Numbered from the stretch's first letter, positions 50,140 through 60,140 are shown. The stretch: 64,000 nt of DNA from an uncultured Desulfobacteraceae bacterium (GCA_964575805.1 CAZNSO010000005.1:21818-85817), one strand, 5' to 3'. Notes: generated from the letters alone by a model not told the origin. A program made the numbers and translations.

Positions 50140-50553
50140 TCAACTCTCTTCCAGCGATAAAATCACCGTCAGCACCGTTCCCAGAACAATGGCATACACC
50201 CCCACATCGAAAAAAAACGGGGTCCCGAGAACAATCTTGTATTCCGGCAGTTCGGCCACCGTCCACCACAGGCCGGTCAAAAAAGGCTTTCCGGCAAAAA
50301 CGGCGGCCAGGCCCGAGAGCAGGGCGGCCCCCATCCCGAAGACGATCAGACCCCGGGGATCCACGCGAATGGCCCGCCGCACCGAGGCCGCCCCTTCCGC
50401 GATGGTGTAGAGGGCAAATCCGGTGCCGGCGACCAGCGCTCCCGAGAAGCCTCCGCCAGGGGAATTATGCCCCCGCAGGAGCAGATACACGGAAAACACC
50501 AGTATCAGGCTGACCAGGATCCGGGTGGCTGTGCGCAGAATCAATGATTGCAT
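50140..50553 (-). CDS. mrpB: Mrp/Mnh subunit B
   Basis: MnhB-domain protein with LLLRGHNSPGGGFSGALV. Confidence 0.85.
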   Translation of the reverse strand: MQSLILRTATRILVSLILVFSVYLLLRGHNSPGGGFSGALVAGTGFALYTIAEGAASVRRAIRVDPRGLIVFGMGAALLSGLAAVFAGKPFLTGLWWTVAELPEYKIVLGTPFFFDVGVYAIVLGTVLTVILSLEES

Positions 50554-50556
50554 CAG

Positions 50557-52809
50557 TTATGCCCCCCTTTTTCGGATCAGAGAATAGGCCGCCAGACCGG
50601 CGGCCGCGACCACCGTGATCTCACCCAGGGTGTCCATGCTGCGAAAATCCACCAGTATGACATTGACGATGTTTCTGCCATGGGCGGCGAGATAACTGTT
50701 TTGCTCGAAAAAAGCGGTTATCGAGCGATCCATCGGCGCTTCCGTGACCGCCAGCAGCAGGGTGGTCACCAGGGCGCCGGCCCCCAGCGCCAGACCGGCA
50801 TCGGCCAGGCGTCTGAAGCGGAGTTTGCGTACGGGCCGCGCCAGCCCGGGCAGGCGCAGCAGAATGATCGAGACAATCACAACCGTGAGGGTTTCCACGA
50901 GCAACTGGGTAAGGGCCAGGTCAGGGGCGCCGAAGCTTAAAAAAATAATGGCGATACCGGCGCCGACAACGCCCAGGGCGGCGATGGCGAGCAGAAGCAC
51001 CCGCGTTAGAAGCACCGTGAACACGGCGGCGGTGATGATAAGGAGCAGCAGCCACTCCCATGCGTTCAAAAGCGGCAGCGCCACCGACGGGAACACCGCC
51101 GCCCGGCTCAGGTAGCTGTAACCGGCGGCAATTACAAAAGCGGCCGCCACAATAAAAAAGTAACGGTGAAGGGAGCCGCTCTGAATCAGGCGGGTCTGTA
51201 TGCGGCCCAGGCCGGCGACGCCTTTCAGGCAGGCCTCATAAACCGCTGCGGCCGTGATCGGGAGCCGCTCGACCGAAGCAGCCACCCAACGGTATATCCG
51301 GCGGTGGCCCAGGTAAAAACAAACCCCCAGCGTCAAGGTAACAACACTCAGCAGAAGCGGTGCGTTGAGGCCATGAAACAATTCAAGCCGGATCTCTTTC
51401 GGCGAAAAATGAAAGGCGCGCACGGCCGGCGCCACAAGATTTCGGCCCACCCAGTCCGGGACGATGCCGAAAAAGATGCCGATGCCCCCCAGAATCACGG
51501 GGCCGCACCACATGCAGGCGGGGGCCTCGCGCACCGGCGCCGCATACCGGGGCGGCCGCCCCAAAAACGGACGTATGACAAGAACGCCGCCAATGGCTGT
51601 CATCAGGGCGTTGGCGAAAAGAGCGGCGCCGGCGGACAGTCCGGGGCACAAAGTTTCCGCCAAAGCGCCCTTGTACATGATCTCCTTGCCGATAAACCCG
51701 AAAAACAGGGGAAAGCCGGCCATTGAAAGACAGGCGGCAGCCGCGGCAAAGGCGGTAAAGGGCATGTAGCGCAAAAGTCCGCCCAGCTTTGCCAGATCCC
51801 GGGTGCCGCTCTGATGATCAATGATTCCGGCCACAAGAAACAATGCGGATTTATAGAGGGAGTGGACCAGCAGAAAGGTCATGGCAGCGGTGAGCGAGGC
51901 TGTTTTCGCGCCCCCCAGAAACAGGGTCATGATACCAAGGGCACTAACGGTGGTATAGGCCAGGATTTTTTTCAGGTCGGACTGCCCCATGGCCAGCACG
52001 GCCCCCATGACAGCAGTGACAGCCCCAAAAATGATAAGGGTGGCGCTCCAGGGGAGCGTGCCGCCCAGGATCGGATGGAAGCGGGCCAGAAGATAAATGC
52101 CGCCCTTGACCATCGTGGCGGAATGCAGAAAGGCGCTGATCGGCGTAGGTGCGGCCATCGCATGGGGCAGCCAGAAATGGAAGGGAAATTGGGCCGACTT
52201 GGTGAATGCCCCGGCAAAGAGCAGGATCAAAACACCCCCATACCAGGGGTGAGCCTTTAATTGGGGGGCAAGCCCCACCATGCGGGAGATTTCATAAGTG
52301 CCGCTCATCATCTCCAGCATCAGAAATCCCACCAAAAGGGCCAGTCCGCCGGCACCGGTGACCAGAAGCGCCTGGCGCGCGCTTTTGCGGGAAGCTGCCT
52401 GTTCATGCTCAAAACCGATCAAAAGGTAGGAAAAAATGGTGGTCAGCTCCCAGAACACAAACAGGGCCATCACGTTGCCGGCGGTGACAAGACCGAGCAT
52501 GGACAGCATAAAGGCATGCAGGAAAACAAAAAAACGGCCGGTATGGGGGTGCCCGTGCAGGTAGTCCACCGCATAGACGGTGACGAAGAACCCGATGGCG
52601 CTGATGATCAGCACAAAAAGCACGGCCAGGCCATCCACCCGGAAAGACAGATCCACCCCCAGGCTGGGGACCCATGGCAGGGCCAGGCGATAAGCGTTGC
52701 CGGCAATGATTTCCGGCAGCAGGGCGCAGGCCCCCAAAAACACCAGCAGGGGCAACAGGCCCGAGGCCCGGGCGATCCGATCGATCCGATTTGAGGCGGC
52801 TGCTTGCAT
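50557..52809 (-). CDS. mrpA: Mrp/Mnh subunit A (NuoL-like, with C-terminal MnhB-like extension)
   Basis: 750 aa NuoL-like antiporter core (WELTTIFSYLLIGF, FHFWLPHAMAAPTPISAFLHSATMVKGG) with a C-terminal extension. Confidence 0.9.
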   Translation of the reverse strand: MQAAASNRIDRIARASGLLPLLVFLGACALLPEIIAGNAYRLALPWVPSLGVDLSFRVDGLAVLFVLIISAIGFFVTVYAVDYLHGHPHTGRFFVFLHAFMLSMLGLVTAGNVMALFVFWELTTIFSYLLIGFEHEQAASRKSARQALLVTGAGGLALLVGFLMLEMMSGTYEISRMVGLAPQLKAHPWYGGVLILLFAGAFTKSAQFPFHFWLPHAMAAPTPISAFLHSATMVKGGIYLLARFHPILGGTLPWSATLIIFGAVTAVMGAVLAMGQSDLKKILAYTTVSALGIMTLFLGGAKTASLTAAMTFLLVHSLYKSALFLVAGIIDHQSGTRDLAKLGGLLRYMPFTAFAAAAACLSMAGFPLFFGFIGKEIMYKGALAETLCPGLSAGAALFANALMTAIGGVLVIRPFLGRPPRYAAPVREAPACMWCGPVILGGIGIFFGIVPDWVGRNLVAPAVRAFHFSPKEIRLELFHGLNAPLLLSVVTLTLGVCFYLGHRRIYRWVAASVERLPITAAAVYEACLKGVAGLGRIQTRLIQSGSLHRYFFIVAAAFVIAAGYSYLSRAAVFPSVALPLLNAWEWLLLLIITAAVFTVLLTRVLLLAIAALGVVGAGIAIIFLSFGAPDLALTQLLVETLTVVIVSIILLRLPGLARPVRKLRFRRLADAGLALGAGALVTTLLLAVTEAPMDRSITAFFEQNSYLAAHGRNIVNVILVDFRSMDTLGEITVVAAAGLAAYSLIRKRGA

Positions 52810-53033
52810 TATCCCATTCGCGTTTTCAGGTTCCCGGCCGCGCCGACCGGCTCGAAGCTCCCCTGTCTCGTCACCTGGGGTCTCGGGGGAGCGCCCCGGC
52901 GCTCAATTAAATCTATATTAACCACCAAAATGAAATATTTCAACAAAACCGCCACCTGCATCTTTTCTTGCAGCCCTGAGCACATGGTGGTACACCGGAG
53001 GTAAACTCAAACCCTTACCCGGAAACACCGCTC

Positions 53034-54440
53034 ATGTCCGTTGCGCAAAAAAACAGCCGTTTTGATGTCGTCATTGTCGGCGGGGGCCCGGCCGGCCTCT
53101 TTGCCGCCCATTACCTGAGCTCCCGCACAGAGCTGCGGGTGCTGCTGCTTGAAAAAGGGAAACCGCCCGACAAACGGAGCTGCCCGATAAGCGAAGGGGG
53201 AAAATGCCTGCAATGCCAGCCCTGCCAGATCCTCTCGGGCATCGGCGGCGCCGGGCTGTTCTCCGACGGCAAGCTCAACTTCATTCCCAAACTCGGAAAA
53301 ACGGATCTCACCCAGTTCATGCCCCTGGATGCGGCGGAAGCGCTGATCCATGAAACCGAAGCGATTTTTAACGCCTATGGCATGGACGGGCCGGTTTTCC
53401 CCACGGACATGGGAAAAGCCAGGGCCATCCGTCGCGATGCCAAGAAAGCCGGGGTGAATCTGCTGCTTATCCGGCAGAAACATCTGGGAAGCGACTGCCT
53501 TCCCGGATACATGTCGCAGATGATGCGGGACCTGGAAAAACAGGTGGCCATCCACACCTCTGAGGCGGTAACGGAAATCCAAATCACGGCAAACGGGGAA
53601 AAAACCCTGTACACGGACAAAGGCTGCTACACCGCCGCCAATGTCATCCTGGCCCCCGGCCGTGCGGGGGCGGAATGGACGGCCAATCTCTGCCGCCGCT
53701 TCGGCATCGAAATGAAACAGCGCGGCATCGAGGTCGGCGTCCGGGTGGAGGTGCATGCCGATATCACCCGGGACCTTTGCGACATCATTTATGATCCGAC
53801 CTTTTTTATTCAAACCGGAAAATATGACGACGAAACCCGCACCTTCTGCACCAACCAGGGCGGCTACGTCAGCCAGGAATTCTACCAGGATTTCGTATGC
53901 GTCAACGGCCATGCCCAATCGGTCGGCAAATCCGGGAACAGCAATTTTGCCTTTCTTTCCAAGGTGGTGCTCACCGACCCGGTAACAGACAACCAGTCCT
54001 ACGGCGAATCCATCGGCCGGCTGGCCAGTCTGATCGGGGGAGGAAAACCCCTTTTGCAGCGGTTGGGCGATTTGAAGCGCGGCCGCCGAAGCACATGGCC
54101 GCGGATCCGCAAAAGCTACATCGAACCGACCCTGAAAGCGGTGGTGTGCGGCGATATTGCCATGGCCCTGCCGGAGCGCATTCTCACCAATGTCATGGAA
54201 GGGCTGGAGAAGCTCAACCATGTGGTCCCCGGCGTTTCAAACGACGAAACCCTGCTTTATGCCCCGGAAATTAAATTCTTTGCCACCCAGGTCGACACCA
54301 GTTCCGAGCTGGAAACCGTTATCCCGGGCCTGTTCGTGGCCGGAGACGGCCCGGGCGTGGCCGGCAATATCGTATCCGCCGCAGCCACCGGGCTGATCCC
54401 GGCAAAGGCGATTATTCAGAGGCAGCCCCATGGGAAATAA
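53034..54440 (+). CDS. FAD-dependent oxidoreductase (uncharacterised dehydrogenase family)
   Basis: Has the dinucleotide-binding motif FDVVIVGGGPAGLFAA, the Cys cluster CPISEGGKCLQCQPC and the C-terminal FAD motif LFVAGDGPGVAG. Confidence 0.75.
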   Translation: MSVAQKNSRFDVVIVGGGPAGLFAAHYLSSRTELRVLLLEKGKPPDKRSCPISEGGKCLQCQPCQILSGIGGAGLFSDGKLNFIPKLGKTDLTQFMPLDAAEALIHETEAIFNAYGMDGPVFPTDMGKARAIRRDAKKAGVNLLLIRQKHLGSDCLPGYMSQMMRDLEKQVAIHTSEAVTEIQITANGEKTLYTDKGCYTAANVILAPGRAGAEWTANLCRRFGIEMKQRGIEVGVRVEVHADITRDLCDIIYDPTFFIQTGKYDDETRTFCTNQGGYVSQEFYQDFVCVNGHAQSVGKSGNSNFAFLSKVVLTDPVTDNQSYGESIGRLASLIGGGKPLLQRLGDLKRGRRSTWPRIRKSYIEPTLKAVVCGDIAMALPERILTNVMEGLEKLNHVVPGVSNDETLLYAPEIKFFATQVDTSSELETVIPGLFVAGDGPGVAGNIVSAAATGLIPAKAIIQRQPHGK

Positions 54441-54466
54441 CACCCCCACCCCGGGACCCCGCCGCA

Positions 54467-55342
54467 TCAGGCAGCCTGAAGATAGGAAAGAATGCCGTTG
54501 ATGGTGTTTCGGATAAAAAACCGTTCGCGCTCATCAATCTCCGGCGGAAGTTTTTTTATCCGGGCAAAACGGGCGTCGCGGGCCATCAGGTCCCGGGTGA
54601 TTTCCCCGATATCAGGGTTTTTTGCGTGCCCGGCGATGACATCCATCCACAGTTTAAGCTGCTCCCTGGCAATACCCAATATTTCCCGGCCATCCGGATA
54701 CATCCCGTAATGGGCAAAACAAAGGCGGCGGTCCACTTCCGGGGCCACCCGGTCCATGGAAGCAAAAAAAGCCTCCGCGACAAAGCGGGGCGGGGTGGCC
54801 GGCCGAAGGTAAAAATCGTCATCCAACGCCTGGTAGACGCCAAACAGCTCACCGGCAAACAGCATGTCCTTAAAAGCAAAACACAGGTGGTGCGGGGCAT
54901 GTCCCGGCGTATCAATGGCGCGGATGCCATCGCCGAAATCGATCCGCTCCCCTGTTTCTATGCGCTCTCTATCCACCGGCTTTATGGGACCATAGGCTTC
55001 GGCCACCCGACCCAGCGTCTTAACAGAGCCCTCCCACAGGCGGGATGGATCCACAAGATGGGAGACCGCCTTTTCATGGCAGAGAATCCGCGTTCCGGGA
55101 AAGCGTTCGGCCAGATGGCCGATACCCCCGGCATGGTCCATGTGAATATGGGTCAAAAGGACCCGGTCCAGATGGCTCACCCCCTTATCCGCCAAGCGGC
55201 GGCATAAGCCGTCAATGGTGCAGGCCGGCCCCGGATCCACCAGGAAACTGCCCTCCCCCCCCTTGTAGAGCCATGCCCCGATAAACCGGGAGTAGCCGAG
55301 AGCGGGAATATCCAGGTCGATCAATTCGAGCATACACACCAC
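54467..55342 (-). CDS. MBL-fold metallo-hydrolase
   Basis: Has the HxHxDH motif THIHMDHAGG and a downstream TPGHAPHH. Confidence 0.8.
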   Translation of the reverse strand: MVCMLELIDLDIPALGYSRFIGAWLYKGGEGSFLVDPGPACTIDGLCRRLADKGVSHLDRVLLTHIHMDHAGGIGHLAERFPGTRILCHEKAVSHLVDPSRLWEGSVKTLGRVAEAYGPIKPVDRERIETGERIDFGDGIRAIDTPGHAPHHLCFAFKDMLFAGELFGVYQALDDDFYLRPATPPRFVAEAFFASMDRVAPEVDRRLCFAHYGMYPDGREILGIAREQLKLWMDVIAGHAKNPDIGEITRDLMARDARFARIKKLPPEIDERERFFIRNTINGILSYLQAA

Positions 55343-55400
55343 CTTTCCTTCTCAGAGCGGACTTGTATCCGTCGCAAACCTGAAAACCGCAAAGCCAGGA

Positions 55401-56357
55401 TTAAAAAGAGGCCGCTGCGTCTGCTGCCGCCTCCTTGACCGGCCCCGAATAGGAACCCTGCAGCACCGTATCGATTTTTTCCCTGGCATCGGGATGGGCG
55501 GTTTCACCAAAAAGATACAGGATATCGCCTCGCACCGGGTCCTCCACATCGTCAAACTGCTCCCAGAGAGCCCTGACGACTTCGCCGATCAAATCATGGC
55601 GCTGCTCTGCCAGGTATTCCACCGTCACCATGGCGCCCAGCCGAACCGGCCACAGGGGATGGGTCAGCAGTTCATAAAGGGCGGGGAAGACCTTTCCCGC
55701 CTCGGCCATCATGCCCGCCAGTTCCGCGGCTTTTCCGTCATAGAGGATCTGTTTCAGGGTTTCACTGCTTAGCTGAGCCGGATCACGGTTTACCAGTATA
55801 TCTATAATTTCAGGCAGCTGTATGGAGCCGGTCCAGCGGAACTGCTCATCGAGAAAAACCGTGGGAACGGAGCTGACATTATCCGCAGCCGCTTTTTCGG
55901 GAAACATGGCAGCGTCGATGATGAGCAGGTGGACCATCTCCTGCCGCTCGGCAAGCGAGGCCAGGGATTCCACTGTTTGCGGACAGAACGGGCATTCCGC
56001 GCTGATATAAACCTTTATCATCGCGGGCATGGCAAGCTTTTCCAGGACATGCGTATCTGAGAGCGGCCTTTTGGCGTCTGAATCCGTCCCGCCGGACAGG
56101 ATTTTCAAAAAAGGCCCGAGCTCATGCCCCCGGGGGATCGCCTGATAGCTGATATTCGGATGGATTCGAAGCTCCGGAGGCGTCTCATCGTCCGCCCGCT
56201 CGATCTTCAGCCCCACCTGCGGGGCCAGTTCCGCCATTTGCCTGGCGAATGCCGCAAACCGCTCACTCCGGCTGTCCCCGGTCAACATTAGCTTCACGGG
56301 CCGGGGCGCCGCAGCCTGGCTCGCCCACGCCGCTATTGTTTTTTCATCATTTGCCAT
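55401..56357 (-). CDS. double thioredoxin-fold protein (one CPFC redox motif) with C-terminal HEAT-like repeats
   Basis: ATG at 56357 lies 44 nt after the upstream stop. The first Trx-like unit has no CXXC; the second has ISAECPFCPQT...VPTVF. The tail carries HPLWPVRLGAMVTVEYLAE and DPVRGDILYLFGE repeats. Confidence 0.6.
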   Translation of the reverse strand: MANDEKTIAAWASQAAAPRPVKLMLTGDSRSERFAAFARQMAELAPQVGLKIERADDETPPELRIHPNISYQAIPRGHELGPFLKILSGGTDSDAKRPLSDTHVLEKLAMPAMIKVYISAECPFCPQTVESLASLAERQEMVHLLIIDAAMFPEKAAADNVSSVPTVFLDEQFRWTGSIQLPEIIDILVNRDPAQLSSETLKQILYDGKAAELAGMMAEAGKVFPALYELLTHPLWPVRLGAMVTVEYLAEQRHDLIGEVVRALWEQFDDVEDPVRGDILYLFGETAHPDAREKIDTVLQGSYSGPVKEAAADAAASF

Positions 56358-56401
56358 CTTGATCCGCCTGCCTGTTAAAAATTTAAAAAAAGCATCGATT
56401 G

Positions 56402-57967
56402 CTATCGGATTGTCAGGGTCTCCCCGGCTTTGGGGACATGAACCGCATGGCCGCATTCCTTCAGCTGTCGGGCAAAAGAAAGGGTTTGCGCTTCCTCCCC
56501 GTGAACCAGGGCAATTTTTTTCACCCGTAAATTCGATTCCTTCAAAAACCGCAGCATTTCATTTTTATCCGCATGGGCGCTTAAACCACCCAGTTTGACC
56601 ACGCGGGCCCTTAAAGGATACTCCTTGTTCAGAAATCGCAGCACGGGGGCCTCTCCCTGCCTCCCTGCGGCCTCGTATGCCTCCCCTTGCTCAAGGATCC
56701 GGCGTCCAAGGGTATTGGCGGCCATGTAACCCACGATAAGAATAGTATTTTTCTGATCATGAACCTTGTAACGCAGGTGATGGAGGATGCGGCCGGCCTC
56801 GCACATTCCCGAGGCGGATATGACGATATGCGGTGTATCCCGGCGCATCAGGGCCATGGAGTCCGCCACGTCGGTAATAAAGTGCACTTTCCCGAACATG
56901 AAGGGGTTCTTGCCTTCCTCCAGAAAGTCCCGATGCGTCTGCCGGTCATACATTTCCGGGTGTTCGCCGAAAACCCGGGTCAGTTCGGTGGCCAGGGGAC
57001 TGTCCACGAACACCGGGACTTCAGGCACCTCCTTATTGTTATACAGATCATGAATCGCATACAGAAGCTCCTGGGTGCGGCCAAAGGCAAAGGACGGGAT
57101 CAAAACAGTGCCGCCCCGGCCGATGGTTTCATTGAGCACCTGCTTTAAATGCGGGGCCAGGTCCGCAACCGGTTCATGCTCCCGGTCCCCGTAGGTGCTC
57201 TCCATGATCAAAAGATCCACATCCCGGTCCTCGGGCAGAAAATTCAATGTCGGATCGTTCAGAATCGGTTTGCCAAAGCGTCCCAGGTCCCCCGTGTAGC
57301 CAATGGTTTTCCGGTTCCCGTTCTCCGATGCCCGGATCACGGTAATGGCGGAGCCCAGGATATGGCCGGCGTCATATAGCCGCCCCTGCGTCGTCTGCCC
57401 CAGCTCAACCGGGCTCTGGTAGGGATGGCCGTCAAAAAAGGACAGGGCCTGGCGGGCGTCTGATTCCGTATAAATCGGGGCCACGGCTTCCAGGTGGTAC
57501 TTTTCCATCAACTCTTGAATGAGCTCCAGGTTCAACCCGTGCTCCCCCTTCAGGCGCTTGCTCACCGCCGCCTTTTTTTTCTCGTGGCTTTTTCCGGCGC
57601 TCATATCCATCAAAACCTGGCGGACCGTTTTGTAATTGAGATAACGGGCATCCGATTCCTGGATATGGGCGCTGTCCGGAAGCAGGTAGCCGCAGGCGTC
57701 GGCCGTGGCCCGGGTGCACACAATGCGGCCGCGGAAGCCGTCTTTGGTTAAAAGCGGAATCCGGCCGGAATGATCAATGTGGGCATGGGAGAGGACCATA
57801 TTCGTGATCAGCCCCGGGTCAAACGGCAGCATCCGGTTTTTCCGTTCCGTCTCTTTGCGGCGGCCCTGAAACATGCCGCAGTCCAACAAAATCCGGTCAT
57901 CACCGGCGGTGAGCAGGTGGAGGGAGCCGGTAACCTCTCTGACGGCCCCATAAAATGTCACGTGCAT
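56402..57967 (-). CDS. beta-CASP-family MBL-fold (CPSF/RNase J-like) RNA-metabolising hydrolase
   Basis: Begins MHVTFYGAVREVTGS. Has HAHIDHSG, ESTYGDREH, a beta-CASP middle domain, and SAHAD near the C-terminus. Confidence 0.8.
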   Translation of the reverse strand: MHVTFYGAVREVTGSLHLLTAGDDRILLDCGMFQGRRKETERKNRMLPFDPGLITNMVLSHAHIDHSGRIPLLTKDGFRGRIVCTRATADACGYLLPDSAHIQESDARYLNYKTVRQVLMDMSAGKSHEKKKAAVSKRLKGEHGLNLELIQELMEKYHLEAVAPIYTESDARQALSFFDGHPYQSPVELGQTTQGRLYDAGHILGSAITVIRASENGNRKTIGYTGDLGRFGKPILNDPTLNFLPEDRDVDLLIMESTYGDREHEPVADLAPHLKQVLNETIGRGGTVLIPSFAFGRTQELLYAIHDLYNNKEVPEVPVFVDSPLATELTRVFGEHPEMYDRQTHRDFLEEGKNPFMFGKVHFITDVADSMALMRRDTPHIVISASGMCEAGRILHHLRYKVHDQKNTILIVGYMAANTLGRRILEQGEAYEAAGRQGEAPVLRFLNKEYPLRARVVKLGGLSAHADKNEMLRFLKESNLRVKKIALVHGEEAQTLSFARQLKECGHAVHVPKAGETLTIR

Positions 57968-58217
57968 GCAAACCTCCCTGCCTCGGGCAGAACCGGGAGC
58001 CTCCATTGTCCGGGGGCATTGCGCCACACAATCCGCGACTCGGTCATTTTTCCCTCACGCCTCTTTGCCATCTTTGGGTTATCTTTCCAATCATCCGCCG
58101 ATTTCGGTTCAGGAAGGGGACGCTCGGCTCAGACTCCGATATCTGTAACGAATCTGGAAATAAATGACAACCTGAATGTTTCCCGGCTTCAGGGCGCCTG
58201 CCAGCCAAATTTTGGGT

Positions 58218-58245
58218 TTTACATCACCGCCGGCCATGTTATATG
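58218..58245 (+). promoter_or_regulatory. candidate sigma70-type promoter for the AdoMetDC-speE operon
   Basis: TTTACA-N16-TATATG about 65 nt upstream of the start codon. This is a motif match only. Confidence 0.3.
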
Positions 58246-58307
58246 GTTTAATTTTAAGCCTCGCTTGAACGAAACGGCCGTTTATCCGGAAAAAAGGAAA
58301 GGAGCCA

Positions 58308-59240
58308 TTGGTGGCGCAGTTTGAAGGACCGGAAAAAAAGCTGGAGATACTCCTGTCCGCTCCGATCCCCGGCTTGAGGGACAATGCGGACGGGCGATGG
58401 GATCGGATCGTCAAGGCCTCGGGCGCCGAGATGATCAGCTCCGTATCGTCCGCGGAAATGGATGCCTGGTTGTTGTCCGAATCCAGCCTTTTTGTCTGGG
58501 ACGAGCGCATCCTGATGATCACCTGCGGCCAGACGAGCCTGATCCACGTGGTCCCGGAGATCCTGACGGTGGTCGACAAATCGGATGTGGCGCTGCTTTT
58601 TTATGAAAGAAAAAACCTGATGTTCCCCCAGTCCCAGTTATCCGACTTTGAAACCGAGGCAACCCGCATCGCCACTTTTTTTCCCGGGAAAAGCTACCGC
58701 CTGGGGCCGGCCAACCATGACCACGTCCACATCTTCTACTCTTCCCACGCGTCCATCAGTGTGGACGAAGATGCCACGCTGGAGCTTTTGATGCATGATC
58801 TTCATCCGGATGCCATGCTGATGTTCACACCGGAATGCGGTCAAACAGCAGAAGACATCGTCCGGCTCACGGGCCTGGACGCCCTGTATCCGGGCATGAC
58901 CATCGACGCCTTCCTGTTTGAACCCTTCGGCTACTCATTAAACGCCGTATCCGGGCCGTTTTATTTCACCATTCATGTCACGCCGCAGGCCAGCGGGTCC
59001 TATACCAGCTTTGAAACCAACCTGGTGAAAGAAAACTGCCGGGAACTGGTCAACCGGATACTCGCTATCTTCCGGCCCAAAAAATTCTCTTTCGTGTTGA
59101 CCAGTTCGGTCAATGACCGGCGCATATCGGTAAGCACCCCGATCTCCGATGATATTGAAGGCTTTCAGCCGACCGAAAAGAGTCTTTACGAACTGGACTG
59201 CGGCTATCAGATCCGGTTTTCCAATTTTGTGTGCAATTAG
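58308..59240 (+). CDS. S-adenosylmethionine decarboxylase proenzyme, eukaryote-type (class 2, single ~310-aa chain)
   Basis: Collinear with eukaryotic AdoMetDC as recalled: FEGPEKKLEI, the self-processing site LSESSLFV, ITCGQT, FYERKNLMFPQSQ, TLELLMHDL, GYSLN, TIHVTPQ..SYTSFETN and IEGF. Start is TTG 58308 or GTG 58311, after AAAGGAAAGGAG. Confidence 0.8.
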   Translation: MVAQFEGPEKKLEILLSAPIPGLRDNADGRWDRIVKASGAEMISSVSSAEMDAWLLSESSLFVWDERILMITCGQTSLIHVVPEILTVVDKSDVALLFYERKNLMFPQSQLSDFETEATRIATFFPGKSYRLGPANHDHVHIFYSSHASISVDEDATLELLMHDLHPDAMLMFTPECGQTAEDIVRLTGLDALYPGMTIDAFLFEPFGYSLNAVSGPFYFTIHVTPQASGSYTSFETNLVKENCRELVNRILAIFRPKKFSFVLTSSVNDRRISVSTPISDDIEGFQPTEKSLYELDCGYQIRFSNFVCN

Positions 59241-59252
59241 AGGGAGCACCAA

Positions 59253-60140
59253 ATGAATGAAGTGAATCTTTGGGTCCATGAAACGCACCAGGATGCCGTG
59301 GCCCTGTCCTTTAAAGTGGAGAAAACCCTTTTTTCCGGCAAAAGCCGGTTCCAGCAGGTGGATATCGTTCAAACCGCCGGCCACGGCGCCATGCTTTTAA
59401 ACGACGGCATTATCATGGTCTCGGAACGGGATGAATACGTCTATCACGAAATGATCGTCCACCCGGCGATGTTTGTCCACCCCGAGCCCTCCCGGATTCT
59501 GGTAATCGGGGGCGGCGACGGGGGGACGGTCCGGGAGCTGGTCAAGCACGACACGGTAACACGGGTCGTTATGGTTGAAATCGACGAGATGGTCGTCAAC
59601 GCCTGCCGGGAACACATGCCCTCCTTGAGCTATGCGCTGGATGACCCGCGGGTGGAGCTGATCATTGACGACGGGGTGAAATTCGCGGCTTCGACGGAAG
59701 AGAGCTTTGACGTGGTGCTGATCGATTCCACCGACCCCATCGGCCCGGCCGCCCCCCTGTTTGACAGGCAGTTCTACCAGAACGTGGCCGGGCTTCTATC
59801 TGAGAACGGCATCATGATCTCACAGGCGGAGTCTCCTTTTTACGATTTCAAGATCCAGTCGTCCATGCTGGGCAACCAAAGACCCTTTTTCAACCGGCTC
59901 CATCTCTACACCTTCACCAACTTAACCTACCCGGGCGGGCTCTGGAGTTTCGGCTTCGGCAGCAAAGGCCTCTGCCCGGCAACTGATTTCGGGGCCGATC
60001 GGGTGGACGCCGCAGAGCTGCACACGCTCTACTATACCCCGGACATCCATATATCCGCCTTTATGCTGCCGAAATTCGTTAAGGAGAACCTCTCCGGCAT
60101 TCTGGACCCGCTGCCGCCATTGGGCCGGGAATCCAAATGA
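59253..60140 (+). CDS. speE: spermidine synthase (aminopropyltransferase)
   Basis: Has FQQVDIV, LVIGGGDGGTVRE, VEIDE and DSTDPIGPA. It starts 12 nt downstream of the AdoMetDC gene. Confidence 0.9.
   Translation: MNEVNLWVHETHQDAVALSFKVEKTLFSGKSRFQQVDIVQTAGHGAMLLNDGIIMVSERDEYVYHEMIVHPAMFVHPEPSRILVIGGGDGGTVRELVKHDTVTRVVMVEIDEMVVNACREHMPSLSYALDDPRVELIIDDGVKFAASTEESFDVVLIDSTDPIGPAAPLFDRQFYQNVAGLLSENGIMISQAESPFYDFKIQSSMLGNQRPFFNRLHLYTFTNLTYPGGLWSFGFGSKGLCPATDFGADRVDAAELHTLYYTPDIHISAFMLPKFVKENLSGILDPLPPLGRESK

Noticed and set aside
58272-58283. Perfect 12-nt palindrome AAACGGCCGTTT between the putative promoter and the ribosome-binding site of the AdoMetDC gene.
   Set aside because: It is too short to distinguish from chance in 64 kb, and no second half-site or known operator consensus was recognised.
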